A stretch of DNA of 64,000 bases from Bacteriovoracaceae bacterium (GTDB lineage Bacteria > Bdellovibrionota > Bacteriovoracia > Bacteriovoracales > Bacteriovoracaceae), in assembly GCA_048270185.1 (NCBI GenBank), contig JBLWTJ010000002.1, positions 512,001 through 576,000 on the forward strand, read 5' to 3'. Of this stretch, positions 30,947-41,339 are shown piece after piece; position 1 is the first letter of the stretch, and the number at the start of each line of letters is the position of its first letter. Under the pieces are notes generated by a model that searched no databases, was not told the DNA's origin, and worked only from the letters and a program-made list of their open reading frames with translations. The translations under genes were made by a program, and so were the position numbers.

Positions 30947-32659
30947 CTAAGATCTAACACTTAATTCATATAATTTCTTATATTCACCACCAAGCTCCAT
31001 TAGCTCCTCATGGCGACCCTGCTCAATCTTTCTACCATCTTTTAATACAATAATCTTATCGTAGTTTTGAATTGTCGAAAGTCTGTGAGCGACTGCTACA
31101 ACTGTTTTATTTTTTGCTAGATCATTTAGTGATTCTTGTACAACCTTCTCTGATTCGTTATCAAGAGCAGAGGTTGCTTCATCAAATAAGAAAACATTAT
31201 TATCTTGCAGGTAAGCACGAGCAATCGTTAGCCTCTGGGCCTGCCCACCAGAGAGTCTCACTCCACGATCTCCAATAATAGTCTCTAACCCTTCAGGTAG
31301 ATCATTGATATAATCTGTAGCGTGAGCAACCTTTAGTGCCTCCATCATCTTCGCCTCAGAAACTTCCCTACCTAGTGTTAAATTCTCTCTAATCGTCGTA
31401 TTAAATAAGAAGATATCCTGAGAAACAAGTCCAAAGTACTCTCTTAAAGCTTTCAGTGTGAAGTCAGACGAGTCGATGCCGTCAATCTTATAGCTTCCCT
31501 TTTTTACCGGATATAAACCAAGTAGAACATTAATGAGAGTTGATTTTCCAGAGCCAGATAATCCAACAAGAGCAACTTTTTCTCCCTTATTAATATCAAA
31601 ACTAAGATCATTAATAACTTGATTGTCTCCGTATGAAAAATCCAAATTCGTGAATGAAATCTTATCCTTTAATTCAAAATTCTTCTGAGTTCCAGGATCC
31701 GCTTCATTATCAACTTTAAGAAATTTAAAAATTCGCTTTTCAGCTGCTTGGGCCTGGTTGATCTTTAAGTTCCCATCATTCGTCTTACGTATAGGATCTT
31801 GAATCATGGCCATGATTCCAATAAACGTAATGAAATCCCCTGTACTCATTGAACTACCAGAGATTTTAATCTGAGCAAAAACAATGACAGCTGAAAGAGT
31901 AATCGTTGTAATAAATTCAACAAGAGGGTGAGAAAACTGTCTCATGACCTCTGCTTTCATTTGAAAATTAAAGAACTCACGTTGATAACCCCAGAAGAAT
32001 TCTCGCGTATAATCTTGAAGATTAAATGCCTTAATAATCTTTTGTCCTCCAACACCTTCACCAATAACATGAGTCATATCTGATAAACGTTTTTGAACAT
32101 CTTCTTGGTGTGCACGTACTCTCTTTCCAAAGAATGTGAATACAAGAAGCATCAGTGGAAGAATCGCAAATGTTACAAGAGTTAGTTGCCAATCGAGATA
32201 GAATGCATAACCAAGCAGGACAATTAAAGTCATTGGCTCACGAACCATCGTAATCATTCCACTAATTCCTTGAGAATAAATCATCGTATCATTTAAGATT
32301 GTCGAGATAACATCACCTTGTTTTGTTGTCGTGTAGAATGAAATTGGTATATCTTGAATCTTTGAATAAATTTTACTTCTAATCTCACAAACAGCATCAT
32401 TCATTGAATATTCCATCCAATAAAAATGGAAGAATCTTACAGGTAAGTTAATCAATGCAAGTAAACACAAAAGCCCAACAAGATATAAAATATCTCCCAT
32501 TGTTGATTCTGCAGATAGGCCTTTAGTAAAAAGAGGTCCTATTAAAGAAACCTGGCCACCTTTAATCAAGGCCATTCCAATACCAAAGAACATACTCCCA
32601 ATAACACGAGCACGATGGCGATGGATCAGTGGCCATATATTTTTAATAGTTTCAATCAT
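30947..32659 (-). CDS. msbA: MsbA-like ABC exporter (TMD plus NBD)
   Basis: Membrane domain, GLSGSGKST, LSGGQ, DEATSALD and AHRLST. Confidence 0.8.
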   Translation of the reverse strand: MIETIKNIWPLIHRHRARVIGSMFFGIGMALIKGGQVSLIGPLFTKGLSAESTMGDILYLVGLLCLLALINLPVRFFHFYWMEYSMNDAVCEIRSKIYSKIQDIPISFYTTTKQGDVISTILNDTMIYSQGISGMITMVREPMTLIVLLGYAFYLDWQLTLVTFAILPLMLLVFTFFGKRVRAHQEDVQKRLSDMTHVIGEGVGGQKIIKAFNLQDYTREFFWGYQREFFNFQMKAEVMRQFSHPLVEFITTITLSAVIVFAQIKISGSSMSTGDFITFIGIMAMIQDPIRKTNDGNLKINQAQAAEKRIFKFLKVDNEADPGTQKNFELKDKISFTNLDFSYGDNQVINDLSFDINKGEKVALVGLSGSGKSTLINVLLGLYPVKKGSYKIDGIDSSDFTLKALREYFGLVSQDIFLFNTTIRENLTLGREVSEAKMMEALKVAHATDYINDLPEGLETIIGDRGVRLSGGQAQRLTIARAYLQDNNVFLFDEATSALDNESEKVVQESLNDLAKNKTVVAVAHRLSTIQNYDKIIVLKDGRKIEQGRHEELMELGGEYKKLYELSVRS

Positions 32660-32718
32660 GAAAAACCCTTGCTAAATTAGAGATAGATATCTAGCTAGTT
32701 TAGAACAAAATAACTAAT

Positions 32719-33138
32719 TTGCACACCATGTTAGGCATTATGATGGAAAAGTATTTTCAAAGACTCAGAGCACAATACCCACAAGTCTTCTTATCTGATG
32801 ATAGGCTTAATCTCCTACTTAAAAATATTAGAACAGAAGAAGAATTGAAAATAATCTTTAGTTATTTAGAAAGACACTTGAAGTCTTCTCCAAGCCAAAA
32901 AGAAAATGGCGAGCTACTTTTTACCTTGATTGATAAGACACAGTATTCAGTTCGCTCATGGATGGAGGCCATTATTTTATTTGATAACTGGTTAAGAGAG
33001 AGAGAAAGAAAATCAGACTTTAAAACGATGATTGGCTATATTGAATGCTCGACTCTATCCCCAGAGAATAAAGTCTTAAAATACGAACTCAAAGAGCTAG
33101 TTGAGAAAATGCTCAATGAGTTCGGCTATATCGGTTAA
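32719..33138 (+). CDS. Hypothetical protein
   Basis: 139-aa helical ORF; the real start is probably ATG 32740 or 32743. Confidence 0.6.
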   Translation: MHTMLGIMMEKYFQRLRAQYPQVFLSDDRLNLLLKNIRTEEELKIIFSYLERHLKSSPSQKENGELLFTLIDKTQYSVRSWMEAIILFDNWLRERERKSDFKTMIGYIECSTLSPENKVLKYELKELVEKMLNEFGYIG

Positions 33139-33139
33139 C

Positions 33140-33634
33140 TTACTTTACCATTCTAAGTGAACTTTCAATTAAATCATTATAATTACTATGCCCCCACATA
33201 ATTACCTTTTGATCTTTAATTTGATTTTTTGGATGTAAGCGATTTGCTTGTTGAAGCTGTGAGACGAAAGAATTTAACTGGTTAAGTAGTGAGTTTAGAA
33301 TTTTTTCTTCAGATTTATCAACGTAAACTTTTTGCAATTTTAAAATACGATTAGTGTTATTAGTAAAATAATTTTCGACAAGTGCGCTTGTCACTTCCTC
33401 AACCTCTTTCTTTAAGTTATCAGGCTTATTTGCTTCAATAAATTCTGTCGCCTGTGCTTCGAGAAAGTAACCACTCCCTCTTCTCTTAAGAATACCTTTC
33501 TTTGATAAGCGAATGCATAGAGCATTTACTAATGATAGCTCCATGCCGGTATCATTTGAGATTTCAAAAATTGTTCTTCCATCTTTTGTACATGCTTCAA
33601 TGATAACTCTTTCAATTAATAATAATCGATTCAT
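33140..33634 (-). CDS. Winged-helix DNA-binding protein (hypothetical)
   Basis: RTIFEISNDTGMELSLVNALCIRLSKKGILKR...YFL pattern. Confidence 0.6.
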   Translation of the reverse strand: MNRLLLIERVIIEACTKDGRTIFEISNDTGMELSLVNALCIRLSKKGILKRRGSGYFLEAQATEFIEANKPDNLKKEVEEVTSALVENYFTNNTNRILKLQKVYVDKSEEKILNSLLNQLNSFVSQLQQANRLHPKNQIKDQKVIMWGHSNYNDLIESSLRMVK

Positions 33635-33641
33635 AAATATA

Positions 33642-33944
33642 CTACCTTGCCATTAAATTTCTTATTAATATTTTATTTTTTAACTCACTCATAATAAGAC
33701 GACAGTCATTTCGATTTAGGCTCATTGAATGTGATTCAAGAAAAGTTATAAGTTTAGAAATTTCAGACTCTTCACTTCCCATAACTTGCTTAATCTTAAA
33801 ATATTCACTCGTTCTAAGCTCGGCTCCATTCATGACACGAAATAACCTCGTTTGTGGAATCTCAAATAACTCACTAAACTTTTTATAAGTATGCTTTGGG
33901 TACCTCTTTCTCACTTCTTTAAATAATTCAATTTGCTGATTCAT
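33642..33944 (-). CDS. Small XRE-like HTH protein
   Basis: TYKKFSELFEIPQTRLFRVMNG HTH pattern; AGGAGGGAG SD. Confidence 0.55.
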   Translation of the reverse strand: MNQQIELFKEVRKRYPKHTYKKFSELFEIPQTRLFRVMNGAELRTSEYFKIKQVMGSEESEISKLITFLESHSMSLNRNDCRLIMSELKNKILIRNLMAR

Positions 33945-34056
33945 ACTCCCTCCTATTGGCGAGAAATTAATTCAAGCTGTCGTAAATTACGAGACATGTC
34001 GAAAATGGTGATTTCTGTTTTTCTATTGATGAAAAATATGTTTTGATTAATGGAAT

Positions 34057-34836
34057 ATGTTTAATTTTACAGTGATTTCTTCAAATATTCGCTTTAACAA
34101 TCCTGCTGATGGAGTCCACTCTTGGGATGGACGCCGTAATATCCTTGCAAATGCCTTAAATCACTATCAACCCGATATAATTGGAACGCAGGAAGGCTGG
34201 GAGCCACAATTAAGAGATCTTGAAGAACTCTTGGACGGACTGAATATCATTGATAATAATCGTGAATGGATTGATGATCGAATGTATCCATCAATTTACT
34301 ATCGTCCCGATAAATTTGAATATGTTGACTCTGGTGATATTTGGCTATCTGAAACACCTTATGTTGCCGCATCTAAGTCTTTTGATAGCGCCTTTCCTAG
34401 ACTTTGTACTTGGGCCATTTTAAAGGCAAAAGAGATTGGAAAGCATTACTTCTTTGTAAATGCCCACCTTGATCATCTTGAAACAAAGACGAGACAAGAA
34501 CAGATTAAAGTTTTAATTGATGAGATAAAGAAAGTTCGCGCAGATTATCCAGTGATTCTCACGGGAGACTTTAATGAGTCACCATTTGAAAAAGTACGTA
34601 TGATTCTCGATCATAGTGACTTAAATCTTGTTGATCCATGGTTTATGCAAAAGCATGAAGAGTGTGAAAGCCATCACAGCTTCAAAGGGACCCGCGAAGA
34701 TGGTTCTCGAATTGATTGGATTCTTCACTCAAAAGGGACATTGGGTTGTATCCAAATTCACCTTCATAAAGAAAATGAAAATGGAATTTACCCATCAGAT
34801 CACTTCCCTGTCGTGGCAACACTATCTGCTAAGTGA
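34057..34836 (+). CDS. Endonuclease/exonuclease/phosphatase (EEP) family protein
   Basis: SNIR, GTQEG, HLDH, GDFN, RIDWI and SDHFPV motifs. Confidence 0.92.
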   Translation: MFNFTVISSNIRFNNPADGVHSWDGRRNILANALNHYQPDIIGTQEGWEPQLRDLEELLDGLNIIDNNREWIDDRMYPSIYYRPDKFEYVDSGDIWLSETPYVAASKSFDSAFPRLCTWAILKAKEIGKHYFFVNAHLDHLETKTRQEQIKVLIDEIKKVRADYPVILTGDFNESPFEKVRMILDHSDLNLVDPWFMQKHEECESHHSFKGTREDGSRIDWILHSKGTLGCIQIHLHKENENGIYPSDHFPVVATLSAK

Positions 34837-35702
34837 ATATAAGTTTCAATTCCATTCTTAGTATTAGTGACAATATCGTCGCTTGGTGACCACTTACCTT
34901 TTTCTCCAATAACAATAACAGTTGATCCACCAAAGAGAAAATAACCTTTCTCATCTCCTCTGTTAAATGACTTCAGATCACTACTTTGAACAATTCGACC
35001 AACCATCGTTGCACCAACTTCAACATAGGCAAGCTTTCCAAATTCTTTCGTTTCAAGAATAGTCACTTCACGAATATTCGTTGAAAAAATATCATTTTTC
35101 TTTTTTAAAGCAATTGGATTAACAGAATGATAACCACCACCGATTTTATAGTAGTCAATAACTTCACCATCAAGGGGATAATGAAAACGGTGATAATCAA
35201 CAGGGCAAAGACGAGCTAATAAAAGTGGCCCATCCTTAAAGGTTTCTTCCCATTTAATATTTTGTAGAAGTTCTTTAGAATTTAAAAACTTACCCTTTAC
35301 AGGAATGGTATCCGAATCTGAAATTGATTCATATCCAAAATAGCGGGCTTCAGAAAAAGCTGACATTATATTTGGTTCATTATTAAATACTCTCTTTCCT
35401 TCTTTAAAGCGGCGAATAAAGAATTCATTGAAGCTTCCATAAGGATCATCAAGAGAGCGACCTTCACTTGGAAGAAAGTCGTCCATTTCAATCTGATAAT
35501 CTTTAACAAACCCTGGTACTTTATTCTTAGTAAAATTCATATTCTGAAGTTCACCGTAAATACAAGATACAACAGACGAAGTGATCACCCCTGAAACTAG
35601 TTTACCGACAGGATTATCATAGAGAAAATTAATAGCACCATCTCCATAGACCTTTTCTACTTCTAAATTATTTGTATAACGATTAAAATATTGAATATCC
35701 AA
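34800..35702 (-). CDS. psd: Phosphatidylserine decarboxylase proenzyme
   Basis: FNEFFIR, RLCPVDYHRFH, VGATMVG and the FGGST autocleavage site. TTG start after GAGG; 37-bp tail overlap with the EEP gene. Confidence 0.92.
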   Translation of the reverse strand: MDIQYFNRYTNNLEVEKVYGDGAINFLYDNPVGKLVSGVITSSVVSCIYGELQNMNFTKNKVPGFVKDYQIEMDDFLPSEGRSLDDPYGSFNEFFIRRFKEGKRVFNNEPNIMSAFSEARYFGYESISDSDTIPVKGKFLNSKELLQNIKWEETFKDGPLLLARLCPVDYHRFHYPLDGEVIDYYKIGGGYHSVNPIALKKKNDIFSTNIREVTILETKEFGKLAYVEVGATMVGRIVQSSDLKSFNRGDEKGYFLFGGSTVIVIGEKGKWSPSDDIVTNTKNGIETYIHLADSVATTGK

Positions 35703-35803
35703 AGATGACCTCTTTTTTCTTACAAAAAATTGACAATTCTGTGTGGTAGAATTTTTATAATATGATTATATATGTATAATGAAATGAGCGTCAAAAAGAG
35801 ATA

Positions 35804-36910
35804 ATGAGGAATATTATGAAAAGCACAACTAAGCTGATCTTTTTAGTTTTTATTTTATTTACTTCCCTAAATTCAAAAGCATTATTCGATGAAAATAGGG
35901 CCATTCTTGAGAGTGAGAAGAATACTATTTCAGTCTTCGAAAACTCAGTTAATTCAGTGGTCAATATCTCGACTCTAAGTAAAATGAGACTTAGACGTGG
36001 TTTCTTGTACGGCACTACAATGACGAAAGAAATTGTAAAAGGAGAAGGCTCAGGTTGGGTCTGGGATAACGAGGGACATATTATTACAAATTTTCACGTT
36101 GTTGAAGGTGGAGATGACTTTCTCGTGCGCTTCAATGATAACAAGAAGCAATATAAAGCAAAGCTTATTGGTACTGAGCCTGATAAAGATATTGCAGTCT
36201 TAAAGCTATTAGAGATTCCAAGAAATATCACTCCTCTAAAAAGAGGTGATTCAGATAAAGTTCAAGTTGGCCAGAAGGCCATCGCCATTGGTTCACCATT
36301 TGGACTTGAAGCAACTGTTACAACAGGTATTGTTTCAGCAAAGAATCGCGGTATCGAAGGTATAGGTGGTGTTGAAATTCGCGGAATGATTCAAACTGAT
36401 ACTTCAATTAACCCGGGAAACTCAGGTGGACCTCTATTTGATTCTTCAGGAAAAGTTATTGGTGTTAACACAATGATCTTTTCGAGTTCGGGATCTTCAG
36501 CAGGGATTGGTTTTGCCATCCCAATCAATATCGTGAGTAAAATCGTTCCTCAAATTATCAAGTATGGAATGTTTAAGCGACCTGGGCTAGGAATCGCCAT
36601 TGCAGAAAAAAGAAAGCTATCTTATTTCTTTGGTATTGAAATTGAAAAAGGTATTCCAGTCGAAAGTGTTAGACCAAACGGTGGTGCTGACCGCGCTGGG
36701 ATCAGAGGCTTAATTCAAGACCCACAAACGAGACAAGTGACTCTAGGAGATATTATCTTAAAAATTGATGGTAAAGAAGTTAATAGCTACGATGATATCC
36801 TAAATATTCTCTATGAATACAAAGTTGGAGATAACGTTGAAGTTCTTCTTAAAAGAGGTACAGCTCTTAAGAAAGTAAAAATTAAATTAGAAGAAATTAA
36901 AAGACGTTAA
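35804..36910 (+). CDS. HtrA/DegP-family serine protease with one PDZ domain
   Basis: Catalytic triad TNFHVV, DIAVLK, INPGNSGGPL; C-terminal PDZ (GDIILKIDG). Confidence 0.93.
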   Translation: MRNIMKSTTKLIFLVFILFTSLNSKALFDENRAILESEKNTISVFENSVNSVVNISTLSKMRLRRGFLYGTTMTKEIVKGEGSGWVWDNEGHIITNFHVVEGGDDFLVRFNDNKKQYKAKLIGTEPDKDIAVLKLLEIPRNITPLKRGDSDKVQVGQKAIAIGSPFGLEATVTTGIVSAKNRGIEGIGGVEIRGMIQTDTSINPGNSGGPLFDSSGKVIGVNTMIFSSSGSSAGIGFAIPINIVSKIVPQIIKYGMFKRPGLGIAIAEKRKLSYFFGIEIEKGIPVESVRPNGGADRAGIRGLIQDPQTRQVTLGDIILKIDGKEVNSYDDILNILYEYKVGDNVEVLLKRGTALKKVKIKLEEIKRR

Positions 36911-37828
36911 CTAAGACTTTTTAAATAGTTGGAGTGCTAAAACTGGTGCTCCAACACATGCAGTAATTGCACCAATTGGAATAATCGAGTTCTCAAGTAT
37001 CACTCTCGATAATAAATCACAGACAACCAAAAAACCTCCCCCCACAAGAAAGCTAGGTATGATATTCTTTTCATAATTTGCACTAAATGTTCTTTTAACG
37101 ACATGAGGAATGATTAGGCCAACAAATCCAATCGGACCACATTGCCAAACAATTAAAGCAATTAAGAGATTAGAAATAAGAATTAATGTCGCATTTACTC
37201 TTTTTGTATTAACACCACGACTTTGCGCGAAGTCTTCACCAATTGATATTAATGCAAGATTTCTTCGATTAATAATAAAGACAAATAACCCTATTACGTA
37301 GAGTGGGATTGTGTATATCAGAGAGTCGAATCCAACAATAGAGAGGCTTCCCATCATCCATCTAATTAGACGAGCAATACTCTCATTTCCCAGTAAACTT
37401 TGAATAAAAACAATTGCACTTGAAGAAAAGATCGATAAACACACGCCAAAAAGAAGAATTCGCTGTGCCGTAAAGTTTCTAAGATAGAGAAACAAAAGAA
37501 TGATTAGAAATATCGAAGCCAGTGCAATATAAGCACTAAGAGAAAAGCTTTGAAATCCTAGTTCGGCAATTGCTAGTCCAAGAGCTGCAACACTTGAAAA
37601 GCCTAATGTATACGGTGTCGCCAGCGGGTTTCTAAAAATAACTTGAGTGGTATTTCCAATAACAGAAAGAATTCCTCCAACAATAAATGCTAAATAGACT
37701 CTAGGAAAGCGTAAATTCTCCAAGATATAAATACCTTGCTTATCAAAATCAATTAAACCATCACGTCCTAAAAAAGGTGCGATGATTGCAACGACGACAG
37801 AGAGGATTATCAATATACTCTTCTTCAC
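36911..37828 (-). CDS. BtuC/FecCD-family ABC permease
   Basis: LRFPRV, FRNPLATPYTLG, GPIGFVGLIIPH and IPIGAITACVGAP. Confidence 0.9.
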   Translation of the reverse strand: MKKSILIILSVVVAIIAPFLGRDGLIDFDKQGIYILENLRFPRVYLAFIVGGILSVIGNTTQVIFRNPLATPYTLGFSSVAALGLAIAELGFQSFSLSAYIALASIFLIILLFLYLRNFTAQRILLFGVCLSIFSSSAIVFIQSLLGNESIARLIRWMMGSLSIVGFDSLIYTIPLYVIGLFVFIINRRNLALISIGEDFAQSRGVNTKRVNATLILISNLLIALIVWQCGPIGFVGLIIPHVVKRTFSANYEKNIIPSFLVGGGFLVVCDLLSRVILENSIIPIGAITACVGAPVLALQLFKKS

Positions 37829-38490
37829 AGGATATACTGCCTTCCATTTAGTTGCTCATAACGAAATGACTTCTTAAACACTTTATCAAAAACCTGATCA
37901 TCTATTGCTCTTTTTAAAGATGCACAATAGTCAGCACGCCCATCGATGACTGTTATTAAATTTTTAACATTCTCACAAATAAAGTTTAGATCATGTGAGA
38001 CGATAAAGACCTTTTTTTTCCAGTCTTTTATATATTCACTTAACTTATCAACATAAATTGGATCAAGATAATTTGTCGGCTCATCTAAGAAAGTATATTC
38101 ACAATCTAGATAGAATGCACAAACAAGGTTAACTCGTTGCTTTTCTCCACCACTTAACTTTGAAAGAGGACGAGAGAGTAATGTTTCTAACATAAAGTGC
38201 GAGACTAATTGATTAAGAAAAGAGCTATCCTGAGCTTTATTACCACGAGCATAAAAGAGTATGTCACTAACAACCATGTCTCCTTCAAGGCTTGAAGCCT
38301 CTCCACAGAATGAAATATCACTATCGACAACAATACTACCATCATATGTAATCAAATTAGCAATGGCCTTAAGTAAACTCGATTTCCCGGCCCCATTAGG
38401 TCCAACAATACCGTAAGAGTTCTCCTTAAGCTCCAATTGCTTAACTTGAATTCTTTGATTAATTTTTAGGTCATTTATTAAAATCATCAA
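37825..38490 (-). CDS. BtuD/FecE-like ABC ATPase
   Basis: GPNGAGKSS, LSGGEKQR, LDEPT and SHD. Confidence 0.9.
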   Translation of the reverse strand: MMILINDLKINQRIQVKQLELKENSYGIVGPNGAGKSSLLKAIANLITYDGSIVVDSDISFCGEASSLEGDMVVSDILFYARGNKAQDSSFLNQLVSHFMLETLLSRPLSKLSGGEKQRVNLVCAFYLDCEYTFLDEPTNYLDPIYVDKLSEYIKDWKKKVFIVSHDLNFICENVKNLITVIDGRADYCASLKRAIDDQVFDKVFKKSFRYEQLNGRQYIL

Positions 38491-38495
38491 AATTT

Positions 38496-39281
38496 CTATC
38501 TAAGTTGTGTTTTAAATTCATTAATTAGTTTTAGAACTCTTGGTCCTAAAACTACAGCATAGTCTTTTGAAATATATCTTATTTTATCCTTGAAAAGTGA
38601 TTTCTTCCAGTCAGCTGAAATGGCCTGGCTTCCATCCGAAATTCTAATGATGAGGTCAAATTTTGACTTGAGAAGATTTTCAATAGAGCGAATAGGATAT
38701 CCTTCACTCTCTGTCACATTTGTACCGCCAAGACCCTTTAAAATTTCATCAAAGTAATTATTTGAGCCAATGGCACGCACTTCATGTAATTTACCATTTT
38801 TAAATGTTTCACCAATAATGAGAAGAACCTTCTTCTGGGTCCAAAGAGGGTTCAGTGCGAGTTTTAATTTCCTTTCAAAATCATCAATGACTTTATCCTT
38901 ACCAAGTGACAATTTACTATTAATCATTCTTAGCATCTCAACACTATCATTGAGTTTCTTATAAGGAGGAATGATAACCTCTAGACCTAGCTTCTTCAGA
39001 TCTCTTTCAACCCTCGCTCCCTGTACTCGAGCAAGTAATACAGTTGTCACCTTCTCTTTTACTAAGCGCTCCAAGCTCATCTCAAATGATGAACCGTAGC
39101 GTGGAAGCTTCTTGGCCTCTAGTGGATAATTACAATACTCTGAAACACCGACAAGTAAGTCCTGGGCCCCAAGAAAGTACATAGACTCTGTATAACTTGG
39201 AAGGGTTGATAAAACACGTTTCGAATTTGCGGATAAAGAAAATGAAAGGAAGGCGCAGAATAATAAGAATAGAATTCTCAC
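38496..39281 (-). CDS. BtuF-like helical-backbone substrate-binding protein
   Basis: RVLSTLPSYTE...LVGVSEYCNYP and GPRV; signal peptide. Confidence 0.82.
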   Translation of the reverse strand: MRILFLLFCAFLSFSLSANSKRVLSTLPSYTESMYFLGAQDLLVGVSEYCNYPLEAKKLPRYGSSFEMSLERLVKEKVTTVLLARVQGARVERDLKKLGLEVIIPPYKKLNDSVEMLRMINSKLSLGKDKVIDDFERKLKLALNPLWTQKKVLLIIGETFKNGKLHEVRAIGSNNYFDEILKGLGGTNVTESEGYPIRSIENLLKSKFDLIIRISDGSQAISADWKKSLFKDKIRYISKDYAVVLGPRVLKLINEFKTQLR

Positions 39282-39291
39282 GCCAACCTCA

Positions 39292-40302
39292 TTACTTCAT
39301 TTTTGGATCAAGTGCATCTCTTACTCCATCTCCAACGAGTACGAGTAGGAAAAGACTTGTAAATAGTGCTCCAGATGGGAAGAGAGCTAACCACCAAGCA
39401 ATTGTAAAATTCTTATGGGCCTGTGCCAGTAGTTCCCCCCATGAAGGAGTTGGAACAGCAAGACCAAAACCAAGATAATCAAGAGAAGCAAGTCCTGAAA
39501 CACCTGCTGCAATTGTAAAAGGTGCGAAAGTAATAATCGGACCTAGTGAGTTTGGTAGAATGTGTTTGATAATAATTCTTGTAGTCGATGCCCCCATACC
39601 ACGAGCAGCTTCAACGAACTCTTGCTTTCTATTCTTTAAAAATTCACCACGAGCATAGTAACTAACACCCATCCACCCAAAGATTGACGAGATAACAATT
39701 AGTAGAATAAGAGTTGGCTTAAAGATCGAAATCAGAGTTAGCAGTAGAAGGAAAACAGGTACAGTGCTGAAGATTTCAACGACACGTTGCCCGAAGAAAT
39801 CCACTTTTCCACCGAAGTAGCCCATGATTCCACCAAAGAAAACACCAAGAATAGTCGAAAGAAGCCAAACAAGAAATGCATAAGCAATTGAATACTTATA
39901 TCCATAAAGAAGACGAGTAAAAACATCACGTCCCCTATCATCTGTCCCCATAATATTAATATCACTTGGAGGAGATGGATACGTGTATACATCTTTATTC
40001 GATTCATATGGATCCCATTTAACCATTGGCCAAATAGCACTATCCATTTCTAACTTGCGGTAATTCACAACAAAAGTATTTGTGATTCCAAACTCTTTTG
40101 GATGGTAATCATTAAACACAGGAAAGTACGACTTTCCTTGGTATGTCATGTAGATCGGCTTATTATTTGCGATAATAGGCGAAATCAGAGTTAAGAATAA
40201 CGAAAAGAGAAGAGCTGTACTTGCAAATACTGCTGACTTTCTTCTTTTAAAACGTCTCCATCTCTTAAGTGTAAGTTCGTTATCAATAAATTTTTCAATC
40301 AT
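39292..40302 (-). CDS. Peptide ABC permease, YejE/OppC-like
   Basis: GTDDRGRDV, EAARGMGA and PTPSWGELL. Confidence 0.9.
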   Translation of the reverse strand: MIEKFIDNELTLKRWRRFKRRKSAVFASTALLFSLFLTLISPIIANNKPIYMTYQGKSYFPVFNDYHPKEFGITNTFVVNYRKLEMDSAIWPMVKWDPYESNKDVYTYPSPPSDINIMGTDDRGRDVFTRLLYGYKYSIAYAFLVWLLSTILGVFFGGIMGYFGGKVDFFGQRVVEIFSTVPVFLLLLTLISIFKPTLILLIVISSIFGWMGVSYYARGEFLKNRKQEFVEAARGMGASTTRIIIKHILPNSLGPIITFAPFTIAAGVSGLASLDYLGFGLAVPTPSWGELLAQAHKNFTIAWWLALFPSGALFTSLFLLVLVGDGVRDALDPKMK

Positions 40303-41324
40303 GAGAAATCAATCCTTGGATCAACAACAGTGTATAGAATATCACTGATTAAATTTCCTAAGAACATGAGAACAGTCTGAATAAAGAACAGTCCCATAAT
40401 TACATTATAATCTCTTTCAAGAAGTGATTGGTAACCAAGAAGCCCAAGGCCATCTAAGTTAAAAATCGTTTCAATAAGAAGTGACCCAGCAAAGAACATT
40501 GATAAGAAGTGACCAAACCCAGTAACAATTGGAATTAGTGCATTTCTTAGAGCGTGCTTATAATAAACCATCTTATCAGCAAGACCTTTTGCTCTGGCCG
40601 TACGTACATAGTCTTGAGAGATTACATCTAACATTGAGTTCTTCATAAGAAGTGTTAGAACAGTAAACTGACCAATCATATAAGCGATAAGTGGAAGAAC
40701 AAAGTGCCACACTCTATCAGCGATCTGTCCGAAGAAAGAAAGATCATCATAATTGTCAGAAACTAAATCACCGATAGGGAACCAGTCAACAAAGCTTCCT
40801 CCAGCGAAGTATACAAGAAGTAAAATACCAAGCATGAAGGATGGAATTGAATAAAGTCCAGATAGAATAAATGATGATACTCCATCAAACTTAGTTCCAT
40901 TCTTCACGGCCTTAAGCACCCCTAGTGGAATACAAATTAAGTACGACATAAAGAATGAAATCACACCAAATTGAATTGATACAGGTAGCTTACTTAAAAC
41001 AACATCAAGAACCGGCTCTTCATAAGTAAATGATTCACCAAAGTCTAGACGTGATAAATTTTTAAGCCAAATAAAGTATCTTACGTGAACAGGCTTATCA
41101 AAACCGTACTGTTTATTAAGGGCCTCAATTACTTCTTGAGAAACAGCTCCATTACTCGAGCTAGAATCTGTTGAACTTTGTCCAACGCCACCAAATCTCA
41201 TCTGTTGTAGTTTTTGTTCAACAGGTGAACCTGGGGCAAGGTTAATCATCCCAAACATAATAATCGTGACCCCAAGCATAGTTGGGATCATGATCATTAA
41301 TCTTCTAAGTATATAATTAAACAA
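40299..41324 (-). CDS. Peptide ABC permease, YejB/OppB-like
   Basis: YGFDKP, DFGES, YVRTARAKGL and DPRIDF; TTG start. Confidence 0.9.
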   Translation of the reverse strand: MFNYILRRLMIMIPTMLGVTIIMFGMINLAPGSPVEQKLQQMRFGGVGQSSTDSSSSNGAVSQEVIEALNKQYGFDKPVHVRYFIWLKNLSRLDFGESFTYEEPVLDVVLSKLPVSIQFGVISFFMSYLICIPLGVLKAVKNGTKFDGVSSFILSGLYSIPSFMLGILLLVYFAGGSFVDWFPIGDLVSDNYDDLSFFGQIADRVWHFVLPLIAYMIGQFTVLTLLMKNSMLDVISQDYVRTARAKGLADKMVYYKHALRNALIPIVTGFGHFLSMFFAGSLLIETIFNLDGLGLLGYQSLLERDYNVIMGLFFIQTVLMFLGNLISDILYTVVDPRIDFS

Positions 41325-41339
41325 CGTTACTCTCCTAAA

